DNA of 64,000 bases from positions 1,230,722-1,294,721 of the forward strand of contig NW_003314270.1 in the NCBI RefSeq assembly GCF_000143415.4. The letters run 5' to 3'. This DNA comes from Selaginella moellendorffii. Taxonomy: Eukaryota > Plantae > Lycopodiophyta. The position numbers were made by a program, and so were the translations under genes. The notes under the pieces were generated by a model that saw nothing but the letters and a program-made list of their open reading frames with translations, made no database searches and had not been told where the DNA came from. Shown here in pieces: positions 52,939 to 64,000 of the stretch (within the stretch, counting starts at the first letter, position 1; every line of letters begins with the position of its first letter).

Positions 52939-55518
52939 CTAGACGGGCAAGCTTTTCCAACGAAGCAGGTCATCCAACTTCGGCAGCAGGTAGAAGAGGC
53001 TCTGCCCAAAAAGTAGAGCCGGATGAGCGCAAGAAGAACAAAAAATGGAAGACAGAAAAAAGAGAGGCAAAAACAAACTGGCAGGAGCAAGAATTCGGAG
53101 TAAAACAAGGAAATAAAAAGAAAAGCTTGGCTCACCTTTCAAGTGCCCATTGATGTGCTGTGAAGTGAACTTCATAAAGGCTGGAAGGCACAAAGCTGAC
53201 CAATACCGCGACTGTACAGCGTAAACCTCGAGCACTGTAGCCCATCCCGCTTCACTTGGCAGGAGCTCTTCGTCGTCTAAGCTTTCCGGGGCCTCTCCGC
53301 ACAGAACCTGCGAGATCACGTCCTTTCGGTCACAGACATTTTAGAAATCACAAGAAGCTCACTCTCAATACTGCCGTCGCAGAGGCAGAGATCGATCTCA
53401 AGTTGTATCTACAAACGGTAGCGTTAACAACCATTGTATACTTTTTGCATGAGAAAAACCATACCCGCCTTCCAAAACTACCAGGAGCTTTCCCCCAGAA
53501 ACTGTACTTAACAACTGCGTCATCTGTGCAAAACCGGCAGGGGTCACCTGAAACAAGGAGTGAGTGATAAAAACATCTTTGCAGCAGTCGCTCATGTACC
53601 TGGCAGCCTCCCAGAGGATCTCCCCGTGCGGCGTCAAAGCCCGCCGACACAATCGTAATATCCGGTGCAAACTGCTTTGCTAAAATCCAACTGTAGTCAG
53701 GAAACTTTGACAGTAGGAACATTCGAACATACCTATAGGAAGTACGATATGTTGGAAGGCAACAATGTAGTCATTGTCGCCAATTCCAGAACATGGCCAT
53801 GGTATGTTTATCGAAAATCCTTCTCCAGGACCCGACCCGACCTGTTGAGTAAAGAGACGTAAAGTCAAGAAAGACGGAAGTAAATGGAGAAAATATACAT
53901 ACCTCATGAGCGGCTCCACTTCCCGGATAAAACAAGCCTCCTTCATGCCTATGTAGTGAAATGTACAGCACCTGCAACAAATCACCGCGAATTAGACTGA
54001 GTTTTCAAAGACACACAAAGAGGCACGTACGGATGGATCGTGCTCGAAAATCTCTTGCGTTCCATTACCATGATGAACATCCTGCAAGTCGCGTTGTAAG
54101 AGGTTTGGCATAAAGAAGGTAGCGGTGACAGGAACGCACCCAATCAACTATCAAAACTTTCTTGGCACCAGCGGCCTGAGATGCTTTGGCAGCTATGCAT
54201 GCGTTATTATGCAAGCAAAACCCCATCACGGTCGCTCCTTCGGCATGATGTCCCGGCGGTCTTACCTGCCGGAAAATATTGGACAAATTATCAGAAACCA
54301 ATCTCTGGTTTAGAATAACCACCACTCACCAAGGCAAAACCATTGTCGACTTGGCCACTCAAAATCGCTGATGCTAAATCAGCACAGACACCAGCAGCTA
54401 GCCTCGCTGCTAACGCCGAATGACCGTTAGCGTAAGTGTCCGATGTAAAGTAACTGAGAAAGCGTGAGATGTTTGCAATCATCCTTGTCATTCAGTGGAC
54501 CAAATGAGAAACAAAGAAAAAGCAGTGTACCTAGATTCTAAACTCGACGTTGCCTCAACAACCTCGACGTGCTCGTGTGTGTGAACCTGCCGAGCTCAAC
54601 ACAAAAAACATAAAGAAAAAAATGAGCGATCGAGAACAAAAAATTTCGAAGCATTAGTACTCACTGTCTCCAGTTCAACTCGAGTGATCTCTCTTGCAGG
54701 TATCAGAATGCACCCCCCTGGATACAATCCTACATTCCAAATACAAGGCATTAACTGGTGACCTTTAGCAATCTTAACGCCTGAGGAGGATGCACACCAG
54801 CTGCTGTAAAGCCCGCCAGGATCGACCGTAGACGGTCTGGCCTTTCTGGATGAGGATTGGACTTCATTTGAAACTGTGGCAAACAGACCACCTGAGGTAA
54901 AGAACACCAACAATGTGATTGGGTCTCATACCTCTGCGTGTAGCAGCATTCGATCATCATATCCAATCGCAGTTCTTCTCACGGATAAGCGCTTGAGGGC
55001 CTTGACATCTAGACAACAGATGCTTGTCATGTCCAAAGTAAAACAGCGAAGAATCACACCTTTGGCAAGCTCCTCAGTGCCAGCTTGAGTAAATGCTGGC
55101 GCCAAGTGTCCTTGATTCAAAATTCCGGAGTAGCGATGCTCCGAACAAAGCTGGGAATGTCGGAAAGAAAGAAGAAAAGAAGCTAAGCACAGCGAGACAA
55201 TGAAGCCCTTAGACGCACCTTGCAATGCGTGCTCTCTTCCACATTGGGCATTGTGCAATTTACACAAAACCATCGGACCCGGAGCTCCAGCGTCGACCCG
55301 GGCTCCCAATCCTCGTCCTCCTCCTCGTCCGCCTCATCCCACTCGCCATAGACGAGCTCCTCCAGCAGCTGCTCCTTGGCGCTCCCACCAATCCTCCCAT
55401 CCGACGCTGCGAATTCCAATCCCGCCCGCGCCTCATCGCCGTCCCGCCCGCTGCTCTCGCAGCTCGCGCTCCACCTCGCCCCATCCAGTGGCGTCGTTGG
55501 ATTTGGCGCCACCGCCAT
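52939..55518 (-). CDS. HDA15: Class II RPD3/HDA1 histone deacetylase with RanBP2-type zinc finger
   Basis: [11 protein letters not shown] zinc finger, [51 protein letters not shown]. Many short introns; last exon inferred. Confidence 0.9.
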
Positions 55519-55714
55519 TTTTTTCCTACCTAAAGAGAGCGCGCGCTAAAATGCGCTCTCCTTCCCCTATACTACCACAATATGAAACCCTAATGGTTCC
55601 CCGTGGCCACATTTATACAATGACACAGGGTGGTCCTAAACAAGGTGGCCAAGTGGCCCAAACGATTCCTAAGAATATGCTTAACCACGATTCTTACGAA
55701 TATACTTAATGCGG

Positions 55715-57281
55715 CTAATATGCTTCGTCGTCTAGTCTTCGTCTTGCTCGCAGCCTCAGGGGAGTTCTAGGGCCGGCGATGATTCCATCGCCCTCGATGA
55801 GATCCACCGCACCGGCGCTACTCCAGTCGAATCCGTGCACGAGGGCGCCGACGATGTGCTGGAGCTTGATCATCGCGAGCGCGTGGGCCGGGCATCGCCT
55901 CCGGCCCGACGAGAATGGGAGGAGCTCGAAGTGGCTGCCATGGACGCCAATCTCCGTGCCGAGGAATCTGTCCGGATCGAATCGCGACGCGTCGCTCCAC
56001 AGCCGATCGTCCCGCCCCAGCGCCCAGAGATTGACGAAGATGGTGGATTTCGCGGGGATGGCGTAGCCGCCCAGGGAGGATTCCTCCTCGTTGAGGTGGG
56101 GGTCGTCCAGCGGCGCCGAGGGATGGAGGCGGAGAACTTCCTTGGCGATGGCTTGGAGATAGGGGAGCGATGGAATGGCCGACTCGTCCATGAGCCGTGA
56201 TCTTCCCACGACGCTGTCAAGCTCCTGCTGGGCTCGCGACAGGGTGTGGGGATTTGAGGCCAGCTCCGCCATCGCCCACTCGACCGCCGCGGCGGTCGTG
56301 CCGATCCCCGGGAGCAAGGCGTCCTATAACATCAAAGCATGTTAGAGAGAGAATAAGAACATTCAAGAAGCCTACGCTGAGAATTCCCATGATTTGCTTG
56401 TCCGAGAGCTGGTTTTGCAGTAGCACGTCGATCACGTCCTTGCCTTTTTCATCCTGGATCATCACAGTGTTCTTCCTGTGCTCCTGGATGATCATCGTGA
56501 AGAGAGGCTCGAGCTTGCTCATCAGTCTCTTGAATCTCCCCTCGAGCCCCTGGAGATCGAAAATGCCCAGCGCTGGAAAGTAGTCTGCCAGATTGAGTTC
56601 TCCCCACAGGAAGTTCCCCTCTGCCAGATACTTCTCGAATTCTCGCTCGAGCTCGCGGGTGATCCTCTCGGCATCTGGGTTGTCAATGTTCTTCCCGAGA
56701 TAGTGATCGCCAAAGAGCATTCGCATGATGATCCTTCCCACAACTCCCTCCGCGATCTTCCTCACATCGACGCTCGCCCAATCTCTCCCGTGGCCGGTGA
56801 TTCCTAGCAGGGAGTCCACCGTCTTGAGGACCTCTTCTCGGCGAAGCCATGCCTGGGAGCTCAATCGCGACGGCGCCATGAGCTCGTTGCTGAAAGCCTT
56901 GCGCACCACTCTCCAGTTCTCGTTGAGCGGGCAGAGATTGGGATCGCTGTGCTCGAATCCGATGTATTTCCCGGTCATGGACAGCGGCCTGGACGAGAAT
57001 TGCGCGTCCTTGAATCGGAGAACCTCCATAGCCAGATCTTTGCCGTGGACGAGGAAGATTTTGGAGGAGCCAATTGGCATGGTGACAATGGGGCCGAATT
57101 TCTTGGAGAGCTCCAAGAATCCGCGGTGCCTCTGATGGAAGGGGAAGGAGGGCAAGCAGCCGATCAATGGCCATTGGAACGGACCTGGAGGGAGCGCTGC
57201 TCGATCTCGCGATTTTCTTGCGCGTAACACGAACAGTAGAAACCCCAAGATGATCGCCGCGAAAGCAAGATGCCCTTCCAT
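55715..57281 (-). CDS. Cytochrome P450, CYP71 clan, single intron
   Basis: TM anchor plus LPPGPFQWPLIG, KEVLRLHP, FDPDRF, heme motif PFSSGRRRCPA, intron in the I-helix region. Confidence 0.95.
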
Positions 57282-57380
57282 CGCTGCCAGTCGCAATCCC
57301 TAGCGCTAGACTGGACTATCGAAGTATCGCATTCGTGTCGTGATGCTCTTGACTCCAGAGTTTAGGGTTCATGGGTTTGA

Positions 57381-59174
57381 ATGGCTAGTCATGCCGCGCA
57401 TTCCGTGCTCAATCGATCGATCGATCGATGGGCGCCAAATCCCTCCTCGCCAAGAGATCGATCCAACAGCAGCAGCGGGAAGGTTGGGATCAAGAAGAGC
57501 CTGCGCCGCGAGATCCCGACGCCGCAAGAATGGGCGGAGATGAAGCGGCTGCTGGAGCAGATGGAGGCCCGGGAGATCCAGGCAGAAATTTCGGCTTGCG
57601 CGGCGATTCTCACGGCTTGTAGCGATCTGCGAGCTCTTCCCGAGGGTAAGCGCGTTCACGGGCTCGTCATGAGGGAATCGCTCCTCCAAGACGAGAGGCC
57701 TGACGAATCGCTGCTGGAAAACATCGTCATCCAGATGTATCTGCGGTGTGGCTGCACGGATCTGGCGCTCGATGTCTTCGATAGGATGAAGGACCAGAAC
57801 GTTGTGGCATGGACTTCTCTCATCTCGGCATTTACCTTTGCCGGGCATTTTGGCGATGCGATGGTCTTGTTCCGCAAGATGCTTCTCTCGGGGGTCTCGC
57901 CGGACAGGATCACTTTCACATCGATTGTCAACACCGCTGGGGCTCTAGGATCTCTCGGAAATGCCAGGTTTGTGCACGAATGCATTGTAGAGGCTGGATT
58001 TGGATCTCACACCGTGGTTGGCACTGCAGTTCTTGGGATGTATAGCAAATGCCGGAGCCTGGAGCTCGCGAGAGCGGCCTTCGAGTCAATCGTAGCTCAC
58101 GACCGGATCTCATACACCGCGATGATCACTGCTTACTCGGAGAACTCGTCCAGCGAAGCCTTGGTGCTCTTCCACAAGATGGTGCTCGAGGGCGTCACTC
58201 TGTGCGATATAACTTTGGCCTCGGCGCTCAACGCCTGTGGAGATCCGGCGATGCTACGCCACGGCAAAGTGATTCACGGGATGGCTGGCGAGAAAGGACT
58301 CGAGTCGGACATGGTGGTCGGGACTGCGTTGGTAAACATGTACAGCAAATGCGGAGAGATCCAGCAGGCGAAGGTGGTGTTCGACCGGATGATCCAGCGA
58401 GACGTGGTTTTATGGACCGCCATGATCGGGGGCTATGCCGAGAACGGGCAGCCGAGGCTGGCGTTCGATCTTTTTCGGCAGATGCAGCAGCAAAGCTCTG
58501 TGAGGCCGAACAGGGTCACGTATCTCACGCTCGCCAACGCGTGCTCGGAGAAGGCAGCGCTTCCAGACGCGAGATTTCTCCACGCGAAGATCAGCTCCGA
58601 GAAGATCGACGACCCCGTCACTGGCAGCGCGGTTGTCTCCATGTACGGGAGGTGTGGGAGCGTCGGCGACGCGAGACAAGCTTTCGAGCAGCTCAAGAAC
58701 AAGTGCGCGGTGGCCTGGAACTCGATCATCGCGGTGCACACCCAGATCGGCGACGCCGATGAATCGCTGGAGCTGCTGGGCCGGATGCTGCTGGATGGAT
58801 CCAAGCCGGACAGGGTGACTTTCATCAGCGTTCTCTCGATGTGTAGCCACGCCGGGATGGTGAAGCAAGGGTGCGAGATCTTTACGTCGATCCGGGATGA
58901 TCACAGGCTTGAGCCGGCGATGGAGCACTACAGCTGCGTCACGGATATGCTGGGACGAGCAGGGTGGCTGGAGGAGGCCGAGAACTTTGTGAAGAAGATG
59001 GGCTTGGAGCCCGACGATGGGATCTGGGCGTGCTTGCTTGGAGCGTGTAGAATGTATGGCGATGTCGAGAGGAGCGAGAGGATCGCAAGGAAAGTTTTGG
59101 AGCTCCAGCCTCATAACAGCGAGGCTTATGTTGTGCTGTGTAATAGCCTAAAAGATTCGTTGAATATGCCTTAA
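57381..59174 (+). CDS. PLS-class pentatricopeptide repeat protein with E domain (no DYW)
   Basis: 597-aa intronless ORF with repeated MYxKCG..A..VFD..VV.WT units, EHYSCVTDMLGRAG, WACLLGAC..AYVVL. Confidence 0.95.
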   Translation: MASHAAHSVLNRSIDRWAPNPSSPRDRSNSSSGKVGIKKSLRREIPTPQEWAEMKRLLEQMEAREIQAEISACAAILTACSDLRALPEGKRVHGLVMRESLLQDERPDESLLENIVIQMYLRCGCTDLALDVFDRMKDQNVVAWTSLISAFTFAGHFGDAMVLFRKMLLSGVSPDRITFTSIVNTAGALGSLGNARFVHECIVEAGFGSHTVVGTAVLGMYSKCRSLELARAAFESIVAHDRISYTAMITAYSENSSSEALVLFHKMVLEGVTLCDITLASALNACGDPAMLRHGKVIHGMAGEKGLESDMVVGTALVNMYSKCGEIQQAKVVFDRMIQRDVVLWTAMIGGYAENGQPRLAFDLFRQMQQQSSVRPNRVTYLTLANACSEKAALPDARFLHAKISSEKIDDPVTGSAVVSMYGRCGSVGDARQAFEQLKNKCAVAWNSIIAVHTQIGDADESLELLGRMLLDGSKPDRVTFISVLSMCSHAGMVKQGCEIFTSIRDDHRLEPAMEHYSCVTDMLGRAGWLEEAENFVKKMGLEPDDGIWACLLGACRMYGDVERSERIARKVLELQPHNSEAYVVLCNSLKDSLNMP

Positions 59175-60377
59175 TATTGTAGGGTTTTTTGAAAGCACAG
59201 AGGACGTATAACATGACACGTTTATCCCTTACGTCGCAAAGCTGCAGGAGAACGTGTTGATTGTGGCGATGAAGGTGGTTGCAGGGACAGCGGCAAGATC
59301 ACCAGCACCTCATGTTTGTCACATACGATCCCAAATGATCTTAAACATGTAATAATAATTTGAATTGTAAAAAGAGATTTTGTCAATGCAAGCGCCAACC
59401 CAAAAGGGTTCTGCACGGGAACGCTGAAGGCATGGCGAGCATGATTTCTTCGCCGAGGGCTTTCGATGGGGAAGAGGTGGTGCAAGACAGGCTCACCATC
59501 AAGACGCAGAGCTGCTGGGTGACGACTACACCGAGTTTAATGATCATTAGCGGGACTACCTCAGAAATATCCCCTCTCTCACAGGAACTGCCCATGCCGC
59601 GGGTACGCTCTTCTTCTTTACATGTTTTGTTACAGTTGTGAGTTTTGTGGGTGTGAGTTTTGCAGCTTGATCTTGTTCGAGCGATCAGAAGTATGGCTAC
59701 AGCGAGGAGTCAAATCCTTGTTTCGACTTCGATTTCAAGAAGGTCGAGGCGCCTTTTGACACTGAGAGTCTGGTACCTGTATATTTGTCGCAGCTTCAAA
59801 TTTGGTGCTACTTCTGGGGTCTTGGAAGCGAGAGTTGTGGCCGGACCGATCACGATCACAGTTCCAAAATTTGATTCACGTGTTGTTACTCTGTTTTTAA
59901 CAGAACTTTTCTCAGCCACGTCATTGTAGGTTAAGGTAGGAATGTGGAAGACATGCTTCGCTGGCTGGCCAGGACTTTCCAACGGGGAGCCAGGTCAACG
60001 AAGAGCCCACCGTTGACTAGAATATTCTTAGAGTATTTTGTTATACCAAAGAATATCCTCTCAAAGTTTTTTAATGAACAGTAGTTCATTATAATAATTA
60101 AATTTAGGAGCTAACTCTATTAATTATCAGTTTATTTCTCACTCAATTAAAATCTATTTTTCTAATAATATAAAATCCTTTTTTTCTGCCCAGATAAATG
60201 TATGGGACAAACTCGAAAACTTATCAAATCTGAAATAATGCGAAGAATTCAAAACAATCTCTACACTCCATAAATATAAATAATTGAAAGATTTGAACAC
60301 CTTTTACAAATAATTAATAAAATACGTGTGTGTCATTAACATAACGAGACAAAAAAGATCACAGGCTTCAGCCAGCA

Positions 60378-60550
60378 ATGGAGTGGCTGGAGGAGGCCGA
60401 GAATATTGTGAAGAAGATGGGCTTGGAGCGCGACGATGCTTGGAGCTTGTAGAATGGCGATGTCGAGAGGAGCGAGAGGATTTTGGAGCTTATAGCTTGA
60501 AAGATTCGTTGAATATGCCTTACTACTATTTTCTCCTTAGGGTTTTTGAA
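60378..60550 (+). repeat. Partial duplicate of the PPR gene 3' end
   Basis: gtggctggaggaggccgaga..tgtgaagaagatgggcttggagc..gatgtcgagaggagcgagagga..aaagattcgttgaatatgcctta matches 58960-59190 with deletions. Confidence 0.9.
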
Positions 60551-60575
60551 AGCTCCGGCGAGGCGAGGCGATCGA

Positions 60576-63031
60576 ATGGTGCCTGCCCGGGCGCCGATGC
60601 TCCTAGATGTTTGCTGCAGTAGAATGGCGGCGATCCTCAGCGAAGGTGAGACTGGTGTGGATTATTCGCGGCGAGAGAGGACATTTGATTTGATCGATCT
60701 ATCAGATTTTAGCGCGCAGGCGCAGGCGCTGGATTTGCCTCTCGACTTGCTGTGCAAGATTTTGCTGGAGCTGCCTCCCCTGGCGCTGCATTATTTGGAG
60801 CAATGTGCCTCAGGGTAATGATTCTATCGGCAGTTCTTTGATTTTTTTTTCTTTGTTCACAGACAGTACGAGGAAGTCTTCTCGCTGGCATGGAAAAGTT
60901 TGGCTGAATGCCATCACAATACTTTACTCAAGCACGGTACCTGGAAGGATGCTTACTGGGAAGCTCACGTCCAAGCGTAAGGAAAAATGACTTGTTTGGT
61001 CTCTCCTGTTTACTCATCGCTTTGTATTTAGCTGCCTCAATGCTGTAACGACTGAGCTCTCTGCTCCAAATTTCGATGGCCAGATAGGAGATCTTCTTGT
61101 ACCAGGTATCAGTTTCTGGTGTCAAGCATTTTTATGTTTGTGGATTAGTTTTGAGTTGCCTGTAGAAATTCAGAGGCTTTGGTATACAGGATTGGTGCGA
61201 GGAATGCTGCCTGCTGCGAGGAGAGCGATTTCACGTCCTTGAAAAACACGATACCTTTACTTTCGAGATATGTGAAGTAAGTTTTTTTCCGCTCACAAGA
61301 GTTCATTCTTGTTTAACATTGACTTTTGAAAGGTCCTTACGCTTACGGAGCGTTCTATGTTCCAGCGAACTAGTGGTAAAAATCTCTTGTTTGTTTTCAA
61401 CTTTATTGATGTTTCTCTGCTTGACAGAGTCTATTTGATTCAGCCGAACTAGCGAGCCTTTCTTTCTTGAACATCAAAACATCTACACAGGTTTGTGTCT
61501 TCAGGAAAGAAAATGCTCTAATTTTTTTCCTTCGGGCAGTTCGGTCTTATAGTTAAACTTCTAGCTCGTAACGTCAGAGCTCTTCGACGGCTTGAGTTTC
61601 ATTACTGCAAGTTTTTTGAACAAGATTTCAACACTTTACTGGGCATGCTAAAATCAGCTGATGTTTTGAGTGATTTCGCCATCACTTGCTCAAGCATTCA
61701 GGTTCCGTCGGCGTCGTTGGAAATGCAACAGTTTCTAAGAAGTTGCAGGCAAGCTTATTACCTCTTTCTTTACTTAGTGATCATGGGAAAATGTTGTCTT
61801 ACAGGTCTCTAGCATGCGTGCATCTCGTCAGCAATAGAATGCACACGCAATTTACAAGCTCTATCGTAGTCGAGCTGTTCTCCCTCTCTTCGCTTGGTAC
61901 CCTTGATTTTGCAGACAATCTGGTAATAGCTTCTTTGATTAGAATGTTTTCTTCTCTAACGTCTTTCTGGCAGCTAGAAAGCTGTTTTGAATCTCCCACA
62001 GTCAACCAGTTTTTTATCAACTGTGCGGTTAAGCAACTCCCATTCACACCTGGACTTAAGGTTCTCAACCTGAAGTAAGAAAAAGAGTTTCAAAGGTGCA
62101 TGATAGGTTCTAACCGCTTTACTTCATACAGATCTTGTTTCTTGAGTTCTGCGTGTGTTCAGAACCTTGTTCATTACTTGAAATGTCTACCACACCTGCA
62201 CACTTTAAACTTGAGCGACAATCCAGTGGCCGATGAGGGTATCAAGTAAGCTATTCAAGTATTTTGTATGTTCTCTTGCACATTTATATCTTTTCGATAC
62301 AGGTCTGTTGCTTGCTGCTTACAGACAAGCCTCTCTGCACTTATGGAACTGAACGTCGCTGGCTGTGAATTAAGCTGGAACGGGCTATCTTCACTTTTGG
62401 ATTCCTTGGTTTCAACCAATCACAGGTTGCGTTCCTTGTCCGTTGCAGATAACAGTTTTGGTAGGAGTGGCTCTGCGGTTCTTGCAAAATATCTTCAGAA
62501 AAGCGCCGTGAAAGAGCTTGATATTTCTGAGATTGGACTTGGTTCCCTGGGCTGCTCTTCGGAGCTAGCATCAGCTTTAATTCAGAACCAGACACTGGAA
62601 CATCTGAACATAAGGTGGGATTTCCTAAACGAAACCATTATGTTATTAACCTTTGCGGTTTTGATCTCAGCAAAAACAGGATTGCTTTTCCTGGAGCAGA
62701 ATTATTACATGCAGTCATCTCCAAAGGTCAGGGTGTACTTACAGACATCAATGCGAGCTTCAATCTTCTCAACGTTGAGGCTATGAAGCGTCTTGCTTCT
62801 GCGCTGCAGACGAAGGCCGCCCTTGGTGGTACTTTTGACATCATTTTTTTTATGGATCCATCTCACATTCTTCGGGCTGCAGGGAGGATGAAGCGACTAG
62901 ACTTGCTAGGAAATCCCGGAATCCCGCCTCCAGGCGCCAACTTGTTTGGCTCGTTCTCTGAAGGACCTGACGCCATTGTGCTTCTTTCGAGCTCCCAGTT
63001 TTATGTTCCACTGCACGACGATGATCCTTGA
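60576..63031 (+). CDS. RNI-like leucine-rich repeat protein, multi-exon
   Basis: MVPARAPMLLDVCC start. LRR units LHTLNLSDNPVADEG, LMELNVAGCEL, LRSLSVADNSFG, VKELDISEIGLG, LEHLNI, LDLLGN. Ends HDDDP*. Confidence 0.85.
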
Positions 63032-63040
63032 ATTCTGCAT

Positions 63041-64000
63041 ATGGACACGCTGGTTTTAGCATCTTGGCCGACAAGGCTCAAAGGTAATGACGCCCGACAA
63101 AGCAGAGCAGCGGCTACCAGGATTGCTAGCTCGGAAATCGAGGCAACTATAAACAACAAATTGGGATGGGTGGAAAATCTAGCAGAGGCAGTAAATCAGC
63201 TATACAGCGGCGCTACAGTAATAGATCCCGGGGTTTACGTGGAGCTCTTGAAATGGTCCGGCAGGGAACGGAATTTAGACGAAGGAAAGCGTGTTCACTC
63301 CCACATCATGCAAACTGGATACGAAGGGGATCGTATGGTGATGAACTTGGTGGTGGAGATGTACGGGAAGTGTGGGGATGTGGAGCAAGCGGGAAACGTC
63401 TTCGATAGTATACAGGATCCCAACGTGTTTTCGTGGACCATCATCATCGCTGCGTATGCCCAGAATGGTCATTGCATGGAGGTCTTGAGGCTTCTTTCGA
63501 GGATGAACCAGGCGGGTGTCAAACCAGATGGTTATACGTTTACAACTGTTCTGGGAGCATGCACGGCCGTTGGGGCACTCGAAGAGGCCAAGATTCTTCA
63601 TGCAGCTACGATCTCGAGCACCGGCCTGGACAGGGACGCTGCAGTCGGCACTGCTCTCATAAATCTCTATGGGAAGTGTGGAGCACTCGAGGAGGCTTTT
63701 GGAGTTTTCGTCCAGATCGATAACAAGGATATCGTCAGCTGGAGCTCCATGATAGCAGCATTCGCTCAGAGCGGGCAAGCCAAGTCCGCGATCCAGCTCT
63801 TGATGCTCATGGACTTGGAAGGTGTCCGTCCCAACAACGTCACCTTTGTCAATGTCCTGGAGGCTGTCACGAGCTTGAAAGCCTTCCAATATGGCAAAGA
63901 GATCCACGCCCGTATCGTCCAAGCCGGTTACAGTGACGACGTCTGCCTCACAAGTGCGCTGGTGAAGATGTACTGCAACTGGGGCTGGGTCGAGACTGCA
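63041..64000 (+). CDS. PLS-class PPR protein, 5' part (runs off the window; absent from the ORF track)
   Basis: Open frame from ATG 63041: YVELLK..LDEGKRVHSHI..MYGKCGDVEQAGNVFDSIQDPNVFSWTIIIAAYAQNG..LYGKCGALEEA. Confidence 0.92.
   Translation, partial: MDTLVLASWPTRLKGNDARQSRAAATRIASSEIEATINNKLGWVENLAEAVNQLYSGATVIDPGVYVELLKWSGRERNLDEGKRVHSHIMQTGYEGDRMVMNLVVEMYGKCGDVEQAGNVFDSIQDPNVFSWTIIIAAYAQNGHCMEVLRLLSRMNQAGVKPDGYTFTTVLGACTAVGALEEAKILHAATISSTGLDRDAAVGTALINLYGKCGALEEAFGVFVQIDNKDIVSWSSMIAAFAQSGQAKSAIQLLMLMDLEGVRPNNVTFVNVLEAVTSLKAFQYGKEIHARIVQAGYSDDVCLTSALVKMYCNWGWVETA

Noticed and set aside
47858-59114. Long antisense or alternative-frame ORFs over the SAM, membrane protein, P450 and PPR genes
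   Set aside because: Shadow ORFs expected from GC-rich codon usage; no domain signal.
59222-59990. Gene between the PPR and LRR genes
   Set aside because: Short ORFs on both strands with no motif I can recognise; possibly a fragment, left uncalled.

Overview
Eukaryotic land-plant genomic DNA. Very compact genes with ~50-70 bp introns, a DNA-binding-domain-less ARF and PLS-class PPR genes point to a lycophyte such as Selaginella (inference). Two gene-dense blocks (1-15.1 kb and 46.5-64 kb) flank a ~31 kb transposon and pseudogene zone. Left block: degenerate Ulp1-like tandem, LON/RING gene, metallophosphoesterase-like gene, non-canonical ARF, organellar L19, tRNA-Val, GDSL lipase. Right block: AT-hook/SAM gene, DnaJ, membrane protein, HPP/NITR2, HDA15, P450, two PPRs and an RNI-like LRR gene. 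The central zone holds a Ty3/gypsy element, gene fragments (receptor kinase, DGAT1, SF3B4, TTI1-like), a TIR DNA element and 5S-rRNA-carrying Cassandra TRIMs. The most interesting item is invisible in the ORF track because of C-to-T/G-to-A decay. It is a minus-strand gene (36.06-39.0 kb) whose hand translation gives a ParB-like domain (IDGNHR) followed by a beta-order N4C/N6A DNA amino-methyltransferase. It sits next to an array of long palindromes and a divergent transposase-like remnant, so it may be a mobile DNA-modification cassette. All protein family calls come from motif recognition by eye; no database search was run.
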